From positions 23,746,001 to 23,810,000 of the forward strand of contig OX597817.1 in NCBI GenBank assembly GCA_951406725.2: DNA of 64,000 nt. The letters run 5' to 3'. Position numbers and translations under genes: made by a program. The notes under the pieces are model-generated. The model did no database searches, was not told where the DNA came from, and saw nothing but the letters and a program-made list of their open reading frames with translations. The stretch is from Octopus vulgaris. Taxonomy: Eukaryota. Position 1 is the first letter of the stretch. Every line of letters starts with the position of its first letter. Positions 1 to 12,816 of this stretch are shown in pieces.

Positions 1-1157
1 CTAGAGCAGTAATTATGTAGGGCACTAACAACTGACATCACATGATTGTGTGCGCAGTGAGAGCTAGCCGTGATCTTTATGAGGCAATGTGTAGAGTGAC
101 ATCGCTGTTTTTTACTTTGCAAGTCGTGGTGTTTGTGTTTTTTTGATCACTTGTAGGTTGTAGTGTGCGATTTTGTCATCGCAGGAATAAAGATCCAACG
201 TGAAATTTCGTGTTAAACTCGAGAAATCTGCTGCAGAGACATTGAGCACGCTTTGGGAAGCTTACAGCGACGAGGCAAATGGCTGTACGAAATGTTTCGA
301 GTGGTACGGGTGTTTCAAAGGCGAAATAACATGCCTGGACGACGATGTGCGATCTGCAAGACCCGTCACAAGCATTAAGTACGGAAATGTGGTATTATGC
401 ATCGAAGGCGGCAAACTGGCAGAATCGTTAGCACGCCGGGCGAAATGCTTAGCGGTATTTAATCTGCCGCTACGTTCTGAGTTCAAATTCCGCCGAGGTC
501 GACTTTGCCTTTCATCCTTTCGGGGTCGATTAAATAAGTACCAGTTACGCACTGGGGTCGATATAATCGACTTAATCCGTTTGTCTGTCCTTGTTTGTCC
601 TCTCTGTGTTTAGCCCCTTGTGGGTAGTAAAGAAATAGGTATTATGCATCGAAAATTCGCCACACAGGTCCAGACTAGACAATCAATCGAGAGTCCTACT
701 GCGAAGTTTTCAAGAGATTTAGGAAAGACATTTGGCGAAAGGGAATGGATCTGAGGCGCGCGAATTATTTGATTTTCTCCGAAGACAATACACTCTGCCA
801 CCGAGATCTCCTCACTCGTGAGTTTCTCAAAAAAGCATCATGGTTTCGCTTTTGCACTCGCTTTATTCGTCAGATTTACAGCTGCGCACTTCCGTCTCTT
901 CTCGAAGAAGAAAATACAGCTCAAAGGTCGCTGTTTTAATCCCGTTGTCAAGATCCGGAGAGAATCGCAGAAAGTGCTCAACTCGCTTATGGAAAAGAAC
1001 TTCCAGGCTGGATTCCAAAAGTGGCAGAATCGCTGGGGCTGGTTTGCTGCTGAGCAAGGTGATTATTTCGATGGAGATGACGTCAAAAATTAGATTAAAA
1101 AATTGTTTGTTTTTGTTAAACATGACAAATTTGAGGACCTTCTGAGAGCACCTCCTA
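1..1157 (+). mobile_element. Decayed, internally deleted mariner transposon, interrupted by a SINE at 407-637
   Basis: Reads ..NVKFRVKLEKSAAETLSTLWEAYSDEA..KCFEWYGCFK..LDDDVRSARP (mariner HTH N-terminus). After the SINE: GIMHRKF.., EDNTLCH (HDNA-H-like), LKGRCF..FQAGFQKWQNRW..AEQGDYFDGD (mariner C-terminus). Ends in TIR-like gagagcacctcc+TA at ~1157; left end lies outside the window. Confidence 0.9.
407..637 (+). mobile_element. tRNA-derived SINE family C, full length, with 16-bp TSD
   Basis: Head ggcggcaaactggcagaatcgttagc, B-box-like gagttcaaattcc, central ctttcatcctttcggggtcgattaaataagtaccag (resembles the Meta/MESC SINE core as I recall it). TSD ggtattatgcatcgaa at 391-406 and 638-653. 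Near-identical copies at 27901 and 60873. Confidence 0.92.
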
Positions 1158-1171
1158 TATATAAATATATA

Positions 1172-1420
1172 TAGGAAAAATAAGACAAGGTAGAAAATAC
1201 TAAAATAATGTTTATCTTGAAGAAAATTTTAGTCCCCGTTTTTAGGCTTTGCGACATTTTCAACTTACAGTAAAGCATGAAAAAACTATAAATTGTGGAA
1301 AAATTAAATGAAATATATTGCTATTTTAATATTTCCATAGTTTTCAAATTCAAGGGACATATTCCCTTATTTCTGTCTGCCTCTGTCTCTCTTTTTTTTA
1401 CTCATATTGGTAAAACTTTA
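1172..1420. repeat. Interspersed repeat, diverged homolog of 29533-29780
   Basis: Collinear matches (aaaataaga..gtagaaaat.ctaaaat, aaaattaaatgaaa, tcaaat.caaggg, tctgtctctctttttt) between the two loci. Confidence 0.7.
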
Positions 1421-1959
1421 AAGTGATAATGATATATTAATTAATTAATTAACGGGAGATGGATTCGATATTAAATCTTTATTGGGTACATTTAAACACA
1501 CTAATCGACTTATATTTATTTGCCCTATTATTATCATTATTATCATTATTATATGTATGTATATATGTGTATATATTTATACATACATATGAACATATAT
1601 ACATATCTATGGACGCACACACACACACGACCTTTTCTCTTTTACTTCTTTCAGTAATTGGATTTGAGCATTCTGACCCACGCATTGACACCCGTACTTG
1701 ATCTATATCTGGTAATTATTTTATCCTCCACATTTGACGAACATTTATGTAGCAGAGATGGGGCGAAAATACACTAACACTAGTTGTCAAGTGATGAGGA
1801 GCACACACTCAAGTACATATGCATACTATGTCCATATACATGTATATGTGCTTGTGTGTGTGTGTGTATGTGTGTGTGTGTGTATGTGAGCGTGTGTGTG
1901 TGTGCTTCTGTAAGTGCGTGCACACAGAAGAAATTGGGATAGGGAAAATCCATGATACG

Positions 1960-2830
1960 TATGGATTGAGGTAGGACTTTAAAGTGGTAATGATAGAGTT
2001 TGATTGTTGGGTTTCTTGTTAAAAGGCTGGGCAATTCCTAGCACCTCCATGATTGATTATTCAGGTATGTAAGGAATATTTAAGGGATGTATGTGAGAAG
2101 CAGATTGAAAATCCTAGCATTAGAGATGTAATTATATTTGATGACCAAGAGAAAGGCGGTGACAGAGAGACAGAGAGAGTGGGGAGATGCCAGTATTATT
2201 TGGTATGAAAAGTGTAAATGTGTTCATACTTCTAAGTTCGTTAATGCTAGAGGGTTATTAAGAAAGGTTAAAGAGAGGGAGAAGGAAAAAAGATATGTAA
2301 ATAAATGGGAGTAATAAACTGAGATAAAAGAAATGAGTGAAATTCATTAATCAATAAGTAAATAAATTTATTTGTTAGTAAGTTCAAAGTTCACAATTTC
2401 AACATGGTCATTCATAGGAGATAACATTGGACCATAGATTGTATATAGCTAAAAATATCCTCTCTAAAGTAATAAAATTAGTCGTTGTCTTCATTATGGT
2501 CACCAACATTTAATGGAACTTAATCAACCAACAGACTGAAAATAGATATAATAGATATATAATATTAAATGTGATTAGGTGAGAAGATTTTAATTTTTTT
2601 TCTTTTTTTTCCCCCAAAATATGTGCAGATAACAGGTTTGCTAGCATTGTATATGTTACTTGTTGAAATATAGATGTTAGATAATGTAATGTTTTGGACA
2701 CAATTTAGGAGTAGCAGTGTAGGAGGTGTCGATCGTATTTTTGTGGGAAGAATAGGAAGAGAATTATACGTAAATCTTCATAATATTACGGAAATGCAAA
2801 TCTGGTGGAAGGAAATAGAGTGTGAGGCTG
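1960..2830 (-). pseudogene. Probable Penelope-like element coding relic (RT-EN linker and GIY-YIG C-terminal remnants)
   Basis: Minus strand gives KNTIDTSYTATPKL near 2700-2740 (cf. PLE NRNTxKxSYSCxPN) and MEVLGIAQPFNKK near 2010-2050 (cf. W.IL..AxPY). Heavily disrupted. Confidence 0.4.
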
Positions 2831-2904
2831 TTGATAGTGAGGTCAGCGCTAATCGAATATAACTATGATCAAGGATATTGTGATCATACCCATTCTATAT
2901 CTTT

Positions 2905-3300
2905 CATTTATACTGGGGCAAAATATCCAAGCTCTTCAATTTTAAAGGTGGCCTGTGGTGTTTCACAGGGGAAACGGCTTCTGTTTATATTACGTTTTAA
3001 AATATGGCGTTGATAAATAATAAATAAATAATAAATAAATAAATAATCACTTTAGGTTTCTTTTCATTTAACGAGTTTTTGTATTATAAAAAACATACCT
3101 TTCTTTTTTAATCCGTTCAATCGAGGAATGACTATTATTTGAAAATATATGTTCCTCTAATTATACTGGTTCTTTTTATAATTAAAACCAAAAGAAAAAA
3201 TGGGTTATAAGAACAGATGAATTCTTAAACGTTGAAGATAATGGTTTAAATAAAGTAAAGCGATTGTTGAGGAGAAAGACATTTGGAATTATAAAATATA
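2905..3300 (+). pseudogene. CR1/L2-type LINE reverse-transcriptase relic
   Basis: SSILKVACGVSQG..LLFIL (cf. GVPQGSVLGPLLF) and a frameshifted EEKD/GII (cf. EKDLGI) at ~3270-3295. Confidence 0.45.
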
Positions 3301-3614
3301 CAGAATATCAGATGGGGTTCTACAGCAGATATAATATTAAAAGGGGGAATTTTGTTTGTGTAAGTATTATCGGGGAATAGTTTTAAAATTTAAAAAGTTT
3401 TAATCTTTTCATTCAACAGTTTGTATATCTTTCTACTTAATATTATGCAAACGATAGATCCTGAAAATACTTTCGGAAGGTGTGACATATATTGAAGATT
3501 TCTGATTTCATATATAAATAGTCGGCAGAGTGAATTAGACTATATCACCACTGCGATGCATGTGCAGGTTATTTTTGTTTTTATTACCAGAACAGAATCA
3601 ACGGAGTTTTTGCC

Positions 3615-4790
3615 TTATGCTTTATTCCACGTTTCTATTAAGAAAGTGCTATGGATGAAATATTTATGTTGCAATTTATATTTCCCCATACTCACACTGA
3701 TGTTTCTATAGAATGACAATGAATGAAATATGGGGGTATTAGTTTCCGTAGAGGATGCACATATATTCTTGGCGATGTTACTCACGTAAATCAAAAAGTT
3801 ACACATGTACCGCTAAACTGATGGAACTGCAATAGAGCAATATTGATTGGATATCATCTGTGCTGCATTTCGCAATACAGCGTATTTCCAGTCGCACTCA
3901 TAACACGTGGTGGGTTCTTGGTGAACTTTAAGAGTAACTTTGATTAGGCAGTGAACATTAATTATTCTAGTACGATTTATCTTCGTGCGTGATTAACAGT
4001 AAATACGGGTCTGAGTTTAGCCTTGCATTGTTGACAGATCCATAAGTAAATGTAACTCAGTATGTTGCACTGAGTTAGTCTTAATGCCAGCTGGTGCATC
4101 CTATATGGAAGCACTCCGTCGGTTACGACGCCGAGGGTTCCGGTTGATCCGAATCAACGGAACAGCCTGCTCGTGAAATGAATGTGTAAGTGGCTGAGCA
4201 CTCCACAGACACGTGCACCCTTAACGTAGTTCTCGGGGATATTCAGCGTGACACAGAGAGTGACAAGGCCGGCCCTTTGAAATACAGGTACAACAGAAAC
4301 AGGAAGTAAGAGTGAGAGAAAGTTGTGGTGAAAGAGTACAGCAGGGATCACCACCGTCCCTGCCGGAGCATCGTGGAGCTTTTAGGTATTTTCGCTCAAT
4401 AAACGCTCACAACGCCCGGTCTGGGAATCGAAACCGCGATCCTATGACCGCGAGTCCGCTGCTCTAACCACTGGGCCATTGCGCCTCCCTATAAGGGAGT
4501 TCAAAGAAGAACAAGCGTTTTGACAAATAATTCCAAACTGATCTTCATGAGAGATATAACTCCAAGCTGTATGCAATAACTGTAGACGTATTTAAGCATA
4601 TCCATGTGACGATAAGACGGTGGATGTCCTAAAAATCTGTCTGCAGGCAAAAATATTGTGCCTGATGAAGCAAACGAGTTCAAAGAGGACAGGATATCAC
4701 TATATACTTTGATTTTCAACTTGCGATGTGATGTAGTCTCAAGCCCATTGGAGAGCATTTACTTTGATACTTTTCCAAATAAATCGTGCT
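3615..4790 (-). pseudogene. Helitron Pif1-type helicase N-terminal relic, split by the SINE at 4107-4488
   Basis: Removing the SINE joins ..HEDQ.. to LI/DAPAGIKT (cf. Walker A FIDAPGGTGKT), followed by VHCLIKVTLKVHQEPTTC (cf. AHSxFKLPL..STC). Very degenerate. Confidence 0.45.
4107..4488 (-). mobile_element. tRNA-derived SINE family A, full length
   Basis: Minus-strand head ggaggcgcaatggcccagtggttagagcagcggactcgcggtc..ggtttcgattccc (A/B boxes). Near-identical to 14547-14886 and 39307-39689. Short cctata duplication at the flanks. Confidence 0.93.
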
Positions 4791-5289
4791 GACGTTAATT
4801 TTCATGTTTCATAACGCAACTAGAAGCAACAAAAAAATGTATATCGAAAAATCGAAACGCATACTTATATTGTATTATAATATATTGTGTAATATTATCT
4901 TCTACTTCAAAGTTCACAAAATTACACCATGCTTTTTTCGAGAACAGTAATGCTACTACTTTAATAACAAGTAAACTTGGATATATTGTAGATACATCCA
5001 AAATTCTTATGATTCTTTTAGCAGCTTTTATGTTTCGAGATGAAAATTTAGTAGGTTCTAATAAAAAATTGAAATATATATAACATACGCCACTATTAAA
5101 AGTGTCGACTACATTTAATTGAATTTTTGCTTGCAAATATCTCAGCACTAAAATTAACGAAACGACTAGTATGTATACACATAAACGCACACATACGCGC
5201 ACGCGCATACACATATACATATATACATATGCGTATATTTGCTGCTAGATATGTGTTTATAGGTATGCAAGTAGGTAGGTATGTGTTTT

Positions 5290-5299
5290 TGCATATATG

Positions 5300-5332
<33 letters not shown>

Positions 5333-5395
5333 ATGTGTGTATATATATAAATGTGTGTATGTATATATATGTGTGTTTGTATGTATATATATATA

Positions 5396-5460
<65 letters not shown>

Positions 5461-5490
5461 ATGTGTGTGTCTGTGTGTGTTATGTGTGTA
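5290..5490. repeat. Compound (TA)n/(TG)n microsatellite
   Basis: Directly visible. Confidence 0.95.
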
Positions 5491-5935
5491 TGTTTGTACG
5501 CGTGCATAGTGGTGCTGGTGGTGGTTTTTAATTTACCGTTCCTATAGTTTGAATTTTATTTTTTGCGAAGACTATATTTATTGAAACGTACTGTAAAGAA
5601 ATCAAATATTTCTGGTTTAATTGCTGGTAAAACATCGCTACATGGTTAATAATATAAAATACAAAGATATATAATTCGAATTAATATTAGAAATACTGGC
5701 AATACTTTGTACTCAGAGAGAGACTATACGATACAGATTGGCTACTCTGCGCATGCAGGTTAATGACCTTATAGTAAATCATATATCTCAGCAATAATAA
5801 TAGCATTATTCCTCCTTCTTTCATGTCTACCTTGTCCTTATCCGGATTCACAAACCTAAATGTCGAAGAAATACAAGATAAAATTTCACCTGTTGTCATA
5901 TTTTCATTTTGCATTGTTTCGGATTTCAGAAGTAA

Positions 5936-6035
<100 letters not shown>

Positions 6036-6164
6036 CTACAAGTGGATCCCAGTTATCCTCAGGTCGAGAAGCCCCTCCCGCTCAAAAGCTCCCTTGAATA
6101 AAGTTTGTTTAAGGATGTTGAGGGAAACACCCTTGTTTCCAGAAGTGAATTATCCAAACTCCTA

Positions 6165-6358
6165 TTATATTTATTATTCTTATATGAAAACTCACAGCGT
6201 ATTTTGATGGATATGATGGAAAGTGTCAGCTGTCCACAGCCACCGGACGAACCTGGCATTTGTTTGCTGGTCATGCTTCAAGAACCCTACGGTGAATTCT
6301 TGCAGTTAAAAGCAATTCTGATACGTGTAGGTGTTCTACCTTCACACTTGCACCAATC

Positions 6359-6359
<1 letters not shown>
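6165..6359 (-). mobile_element. 5'-truncated Dong/R4-type (RLE) non-LTR retrotransposon 3' end in a (TAA)n array
   Basis: Minus frame KIGASVKVEHLHVSELLLTARIHRRVLEA* (stop 6271-6273) resembles the R4/Dong C-terminus xEHLQKxALLGTARILRxVL. Followed by a ~90-nt 3'UTR and aataataa; 5' flank is a long (TAA)n. Confidence 0.75.
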
Positions 6360-6450
<91 letters not shown>

Positions 6451-6473
6451 CATTATTATTATTATCATTATTA

Positions 6474-6548
<75 letters not shown>
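6360..6548. repeat. (TAT)n microsatellite
   Basis: Directly visible. Confidence 0.98.
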
Positions 6549-6550
<2 letters not shown>

Positions 6551-6921
6551 ACGGTAACTTTTGTTTTTGTACATACCAGTTGTGTGCGTCAAACTTCTTC
6601 GAAGTGGCAAAGCGAGAGAGAGGAAAATAGAGTGAGTGAGAGAGAAAGAGAGTGAAAGATACAGTTAGTGGTGACGCTGTTCATTTTGTGTTTTTAAATG
6701 TTTATCACATCACAAGAGTAGATACATAGATACATATTGTTAAATCAAAAGTAGGGGAGACAGTGACACGAAAGAAGTGAAAAGTAAAGAGAAAGTGAGA
6801 GAGACAGCAGATACATAAATCCAAAGAAAAGTTCATAGACACTTAGACTCAGCAAATATTAGCTGTTAATTTCACTTTTCATTACCACACGAGGATAAAA
6901 TTAACTCAAAAATGACTGTGT

Positions 6922-7010
6922 ACTCCACAGACCTGCATAACATTAACGTAGTTCTCAGGGAGATACAGTCTCACAGAGAACATGATAAGACTGGCGCGTT
7001 TGAATTACAG
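6922..7010 (-). mobile_element. Diverged internal fragment of SINE family A
   Basis: actccacagac..ttaacgtagttctcagggagatacag..acagagaa.atgataagactggc..tttgaattacag matches 4200-4290. Confidence 0.7.
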
Positions 7011-7081
7011 TTACAAATCGAGACACACAGACATACACACACACGCACGCACTCATACGCACCCACACATACACACATATG

Positions 7082-7146
<65 letters not shown>

Positions 7147-7334
7147 AGAGTGAGAGATGTGTGTGTGTGTGTGTGTGTATAGTATAGGTTAGTTAAAGCA
7201 TGGTTGCAATAAGTGTCGCGTGGTGGAAATAAACACAATTACCAAACTTTCATTCATAAATCCATTTCTTATTTCGTTCTTTTGCATTTCAATTTGTACA
7301 TTTGTACCCAGAAACCTGTACGCCAGAAGAAGTG

Positions 7335-7880
7335 GAAAAACGAGCAATTATATATCCTACAAATTCTGTCTTGCAATAAATGCAAAATATATTAATATTA
7401 TACCAGAGGTACTTAAAACGTACTTGAACACTGATTCGGTGTCTTGCAATAATGAAGTGGAGTTTCAAGAACTATCCATTTGAATACATAAACTCACTCA
7501 CTCCATCCAGTACACCTCCTCATCGCCTCAAAATAAAAGTAAGATCTATTGTAACGCTACTAAAAAATCTTCCGATCAGTCAAGGATTATGCAATAGAAC
7601 TTGCATTAAAGTGCAAGGACTTCATGAGCATTTTGTAGATGCATCATCGGTAACAATCTTCAACAGAGGTCTTACTCTTCTAATTCCCAAAATGCAAATA
7701 TTTCATTCACACTAAACAGATTTCAATTTCCATTTCGACTTGCAATGTCGAAGACAATTAATAAAGCTCAACGGCAAACATTTGAAAAAGTTGGAATTCA
7801 TTTGCCTCAACCGGTATTTTCTCATGGCCAATTATATGTCGCATTTTCAAGAGCACGAGTTATGAACAATATCAAAGAGT
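7335..7880 (+). pseudogene. Helitron Pif1-type helicase C-terminal relic
   Basis: KRAIIYPTN, then NYPFEYINSLTPSSTPPHRLKIKV..LLKNL..QGLCN, then RFQFPFRLAMSKTINKAQRQTFEKVGIHLPQPVFSHGQLYVAFSR. These are classic Pif1/Helitron motifs, with frameshifts. Confidence 0.93.
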
Positions 7881-8136
7881 TATGACACTTAATTGGGATA
7901 ACAGACCAGGCCAAAAGCTGGTGTGACATAAACACAGGATATTGACTACCATGAAGTACTGTGAGGAAGACCACCATACCAGCTACCATCACCACCACAC
8001 CACCGGCTTCCTCATTACACATCCACATTACACCTTTAAGATCGGGGAACCAGTTAGAAGCCCACCGGATCTCTCTCGTCATATCAGCAAACCGTAAAAT
8101 CGCACTATACAGCACCACCACTACCTCCGAGTCCGT

Positions 8137-8255
<119 letters not shown>

Positions 8256-8359
8256 CATAAACATAAATATGAAACAAGGTGGAAAAAAGATATATATAAT
8301 ATGCTTTATATATATATCATATATATGAACGGCACGAAAACTATAACAGATTTTGTTAT

Positions 8360-8419
<60 letters not shown>

Positions 8420-8453
8420 TATGTATGTATGTATATGTATATGTATGTATATA

Positions 8454-8484
<31 letters not shown>

Positions 8485-8529
8485 GTGTATGTATGTATGT
8501 ATGTATGTATGTATGTATGTATGTATGTG

Positions 8530-8748
8530 TGTGTGTGTTTGTGTCTGAGTTTGTCCCACTACCACCATTGCTTGACAACCGATGTTGGTGCGTTTGCGTT
8601 CCTGTAATTTAGCTATTCAGCAGAAGAGACTGATAAAATAAGCACCAGGTTTACAGGCAATAAATCCAGGGGTCAATTTCTTCGACTAAAGGGTGGTGAT
8701 CCAGCATGGCCACCGTCAAATGACTGAAACAAGTAAAAGAATAAAAGA
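8530..8748 (+). mobile_element. SINE family B, 3' half (older copy)
   Basis: gtttgtccc..cttgacaaccgatgttggtg..ggggtcaatttcttcgactaaa..ccagcatggccaccgtcaaatgactgaaacaagtaaaag. Confidence 0.85.
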
Positions 8749-8929
8749 ATACCAGAATAAAACGTTCCGTACCACTAAACAAAGAAGGTTCTTTGAATAT
8801 GTACGATGTACGTTTAGGTTAAATAGTAATTCCGTTTACGTTTGTGTAACAGAGATATTTTGGCTGGATTATATAGTCATTGGTGTTATATTACTTTCTA
8901 TATTTAATAACTGTCACAATATAGTTTTC

Positions 8930-9070
8930 TAGGCCTGGATTTTTTGTGGTGAGGGGGCCAATTGTTTAGATCGACCCCAGTACACAACTTGTACTTAATT
9001 TATCGACCCCGAAAGGACGAAAAGTAAAGTCAACCACGGCAGAATTTGAAGTCAGAACGTGAAGACAGGC
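8930..9070 (-). mobile_element. Diverged SINE family C-related copy
   Basis: atcgaccccagtac..tacttaatttatcgaccccgaaaggacgaaaag.aaagtcaacc..aatttgaa is the reverse complement of the family C core. Confidence 0.8.
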
Positions 9071-9339
9071 AGTCATGATAAGCAAACATTTCTCGTGGGA
9101 CCAGTACACTGTTTACAGACGCTTACATGATTTCCGTGAATTTTTCACGGGTCGAGTTAGTTGATATTATTATTATTATTATTATTGTTTTTTCTTTCTT
9201 TCTTCAAATTTTCGTCCGTTTCTCGCCGAGTGTTTTCCAAACACCCAGGGCAGAGAAGCTCATTGCATGCATTCCCAGATTACACACGCAAATTCACAGA
9301 TACGATATGCATTTAAAAATTAATAAATAAATAAATTCA

Positions 9340-9550
<211 letters not shown>

Positions 9551-9659
9551 TATGTAACATCAAGGCAGTCTTTGGTTTTCGATTTAGGATTTATTTTTTG
9601 TGGGGGATTATAGTTATCTTTGACCTTTCTTGTTCATGTTTTATTCCCAACTTGATTGC

Positions 9660-10510
9660 TAAAAAGGGGTTCGATTATTGATATATTCAATGTGATTCTT
9701 ATCCATATCATCGATAGGCAAAAACCTCCTTTATGCGTTATTTATTGCATGGTTTGTCGAACGATTCTATGAGACCAATTAATGGGATGCACCATATGCA
9801 GAATGCTGGTCTTCATAGTATGAACAAGGACAAAATTACTTTTTATCGTCGAGAGAATGTGCTGAAGAAAATGAAGGGTGATCCAATAGAAACATTTCTA
9901 CAAATGAATCAAATGATCGATGAATCTTGTAACGTTGTAGCATTGGAAACAGCAAAGCTTAAAATATAATAACATTTAATTGGAGGAAAACTTTGATCAG
10001 ATTCTGTACACTTAAAAACGGGATGGAAATTGCGTTGGGAAGTGGATTAAAAACAAAAAAAAAACCGACTTGCAGCTGTTTCACGGTCGAAGAGTTCCGT
10101 TCAAAGTAGGAATGCAACAAGGCCATTGACATCAAATATCAATAGGTGTAAGAGATCAATTCAACAATATTTGGGTTTTTTTTTTACTTCAGCTCGAGGA
10201 ACTGACAGATGTCATATCGTTCCACAGCTGCCGGTGTTCGCAAAATACGTTCGCTACAGTTCTTATTTGCTATCTTTTTGAAACAACAACCAGGACCTCA
10301 AGTTTTATCATTTTTTTTCTGTCGGAAAATCTTTCTGGGATAGTGCCTTTGTTGTACAGCTGTACAGAGGAAGCACAACATAGTACGGGCCAAAACCATG
10401 ATTTCATGTTTGTGTGAAAAGTTGAGTGCCAGAAGTGAAAGTTGTTCATTGTATAAACCAACACGAGGCATTGGCTTCGGAAGCACCGCCAGCGGCATTA
10501 TAAAATGTTT
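9660..10510 (+). pseudogene. hAT (Buster/Charlie, ZBED5/ZBED8-like) transposase relic
   Basis: LSNDSMRP (cf. BED-finger LSNESMKP), KKMKGDPIETFLQMNQ..ESCNVVALETAK, LQLEELTDV (cf. IQLDESTDV), CTEEA (cf. CTDGA), VVHCINQHEALAS (cf. THCxIHRQALAS). Many stops and frameshifts; the element may extend to ~10965. Confidence 0.85.
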
Positions 10511-11870
10511 GGGATCGAATAATTCTACTAACGAAATTTATGAAATTAGTAACTCTCAAATCATGACTTTTGAAAGCAATTTTTTTTTGGAGTGCCTATT
10601 TCAGTTTGGAGTGAGACTCGAAATATTTTCTAACTTCCTACGAAGAAAATGTTTGCCTGTTTTCATGACGGGGAATTTAGTTAGTCAAGAAATTCGGTAG
10701 GGATATAGAAAGTGTTTGTATTTTACTTCAAGATTAAAATACATCAACATTTTCTCTTTCTATCCAATTTTTAAAACATCAAATATAAGAATAATCCAAA
10801 TAAACGAGCATGTTCGAACATAGAAAAAAAGAACAGGATGTTCAATGTCATATGGTCAGTATATGGAAAGAAACTTTTGAATTCGATAAACTTAGAAAAC
10901 AGGGAATGGCATCCTGAAATATAGCGAGAAGGGTGCACAGAATGAAAATACCTGTAAACTACAGAGCTAAATGTAGTTGTGTAGATATGCACATGTCTAC
11001 AATCCTAAGAAAATATGTCTACACTGATACATGCACTGGTACACGAACACAGTCACAAATGTACAAGCACAGCAGCTGTAACTTTGCGTGTATATATATA
11101 TATGTATATATATATATATGCACACTTACACAGACATACACACACACATACACACATATATATATATATATAATATATATGTGTGTAAATATATGTATAT
11201 ACATATATATGCATATATTCTATTGTGCGTGTAATTCAAAGACTATGCAATTTATTTTCACAGTAGACATGTACAGACGGTAAAATTGGTTTCTTTGACA
11301 GTATTATTGTTCTCGAAATACTAGTTCTCCGACAATAGAATATTCTTTTTACAATTTCTATTTTTTTAATTTTCCTTTACTGGTTTTCATTTTTTATAAA
11401 AATGTTTTCATAATGTATTTTTATCTTAGATTTATTTTTATATGAGATGAAGTCATGTATTTATTTGATAGTGAATTACATATTGTTCTCGTTTTTTGCT
11501 ATTTAAATGAGCTTTTCAATTTTTTGTACAATATTTTCTGAAATTATGTTATGTTGAAAATTGTCCCTATGATTGTCATTGGATAAAAACCATGTATTCA
11601 TAGATTATTAGGTAATTTAATAAAGTATCTCTATTATCGTCATTTAAAGAGACGGTATAGATATAAATATACACATACATACGAGTAGGCAAATACAAAT
11701 GCATATAGGTAGGTACGTAGACAGATGGAAAGATAGATATATCAGGTAGATTAAATGTTGCTATGTGTGAATGTGTGCATCAACGAACGTACACACACAC
11801 ACATATATATATACATATACATATATATAAATATACATACACACACACACATATATGCATATATATATAT

Positions 11871-11946
11871 ACTTTATTTAAAAGCAGTAGAAATTCAACA
11901 AAACCTGTTACTCGGAGTTTCACGTTCCCGTTCATCGGACAGTTTT
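11871..11946 (-). mobile_element. Short insertion in (TA)n carrying a type I hammerhead-like motif (Penelope-like pLTR fragment)
   Basis: Minus strand: aaaactgt CCGATGA acg-ggaa-cgt GAAA ctc-c-gag TA acaggtttt. Confidence 0.7.
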
Positions 11947-12770
11947 ATATATATATATATATAGACACATATACATGCATATATATATATACACGCATAC
12001 GCATACATATATATACAAACATACGTATGTATGTATATATGTAAGTATGTCTCCTTAATGTATATATACTCATGTTTACACATACATAACCATATATGTG
12101 TGTGTGTTTGTGTGTGTGTGCGTGTGTGTGTGTGTGTGTATGTGTGTGTGTGTGTGCATGTGTGTGTGTGTGTGTGCATGTGTTTGTCCCTCACCTTGTA
12201 AATAAGAGAATGGTGAACCACCAAAAATATTCATAGTTCTTAGCTTTCCGTATAATTAAAAATAAAGTTAACATTTATTATTTTTTGCTTTTTAATTATT
12301 TCAAGTTTGTTTCTAAATAATCCGTACATGAAATTATGTTAAGACTAACTGAACTCCCAAAGCATCTTCTTCTCTGTTCTAAACAAGTCAATAGTCGAAC
12401 GTGGTAATGGATTGCAGTGTAGATGGAAGAGGTAGTGCTTTAATATAACCAGTGTGAGCCCAGATGAGATTATTATTTTTATTTGCTAGCTCATATTATG
12501 TGTGAGTGTCTACGTGTTTATTTTTGGGAATTGTGTGTTGATAACACGTCTTCAGAAAGATTCCTTTGAGAGCTATCTCCAAGTTTTGTAATGATTGGAT
12601 GACAGGCTGTCATGTTATTCACCAGAGATCAATAGAGTTGAAGCAACTTTGAAAAAATTAAAATAGTATAAGTTACTACTGCACGCAAGCAGTTTAGTGA
12701 AAAATGACTCCTTGAGACTACAATATTCAACTGTATATTTTCAAGAGACATCTCTACATAGACCTCTCAA

Positions 12771-12816
<46 letters not shown>

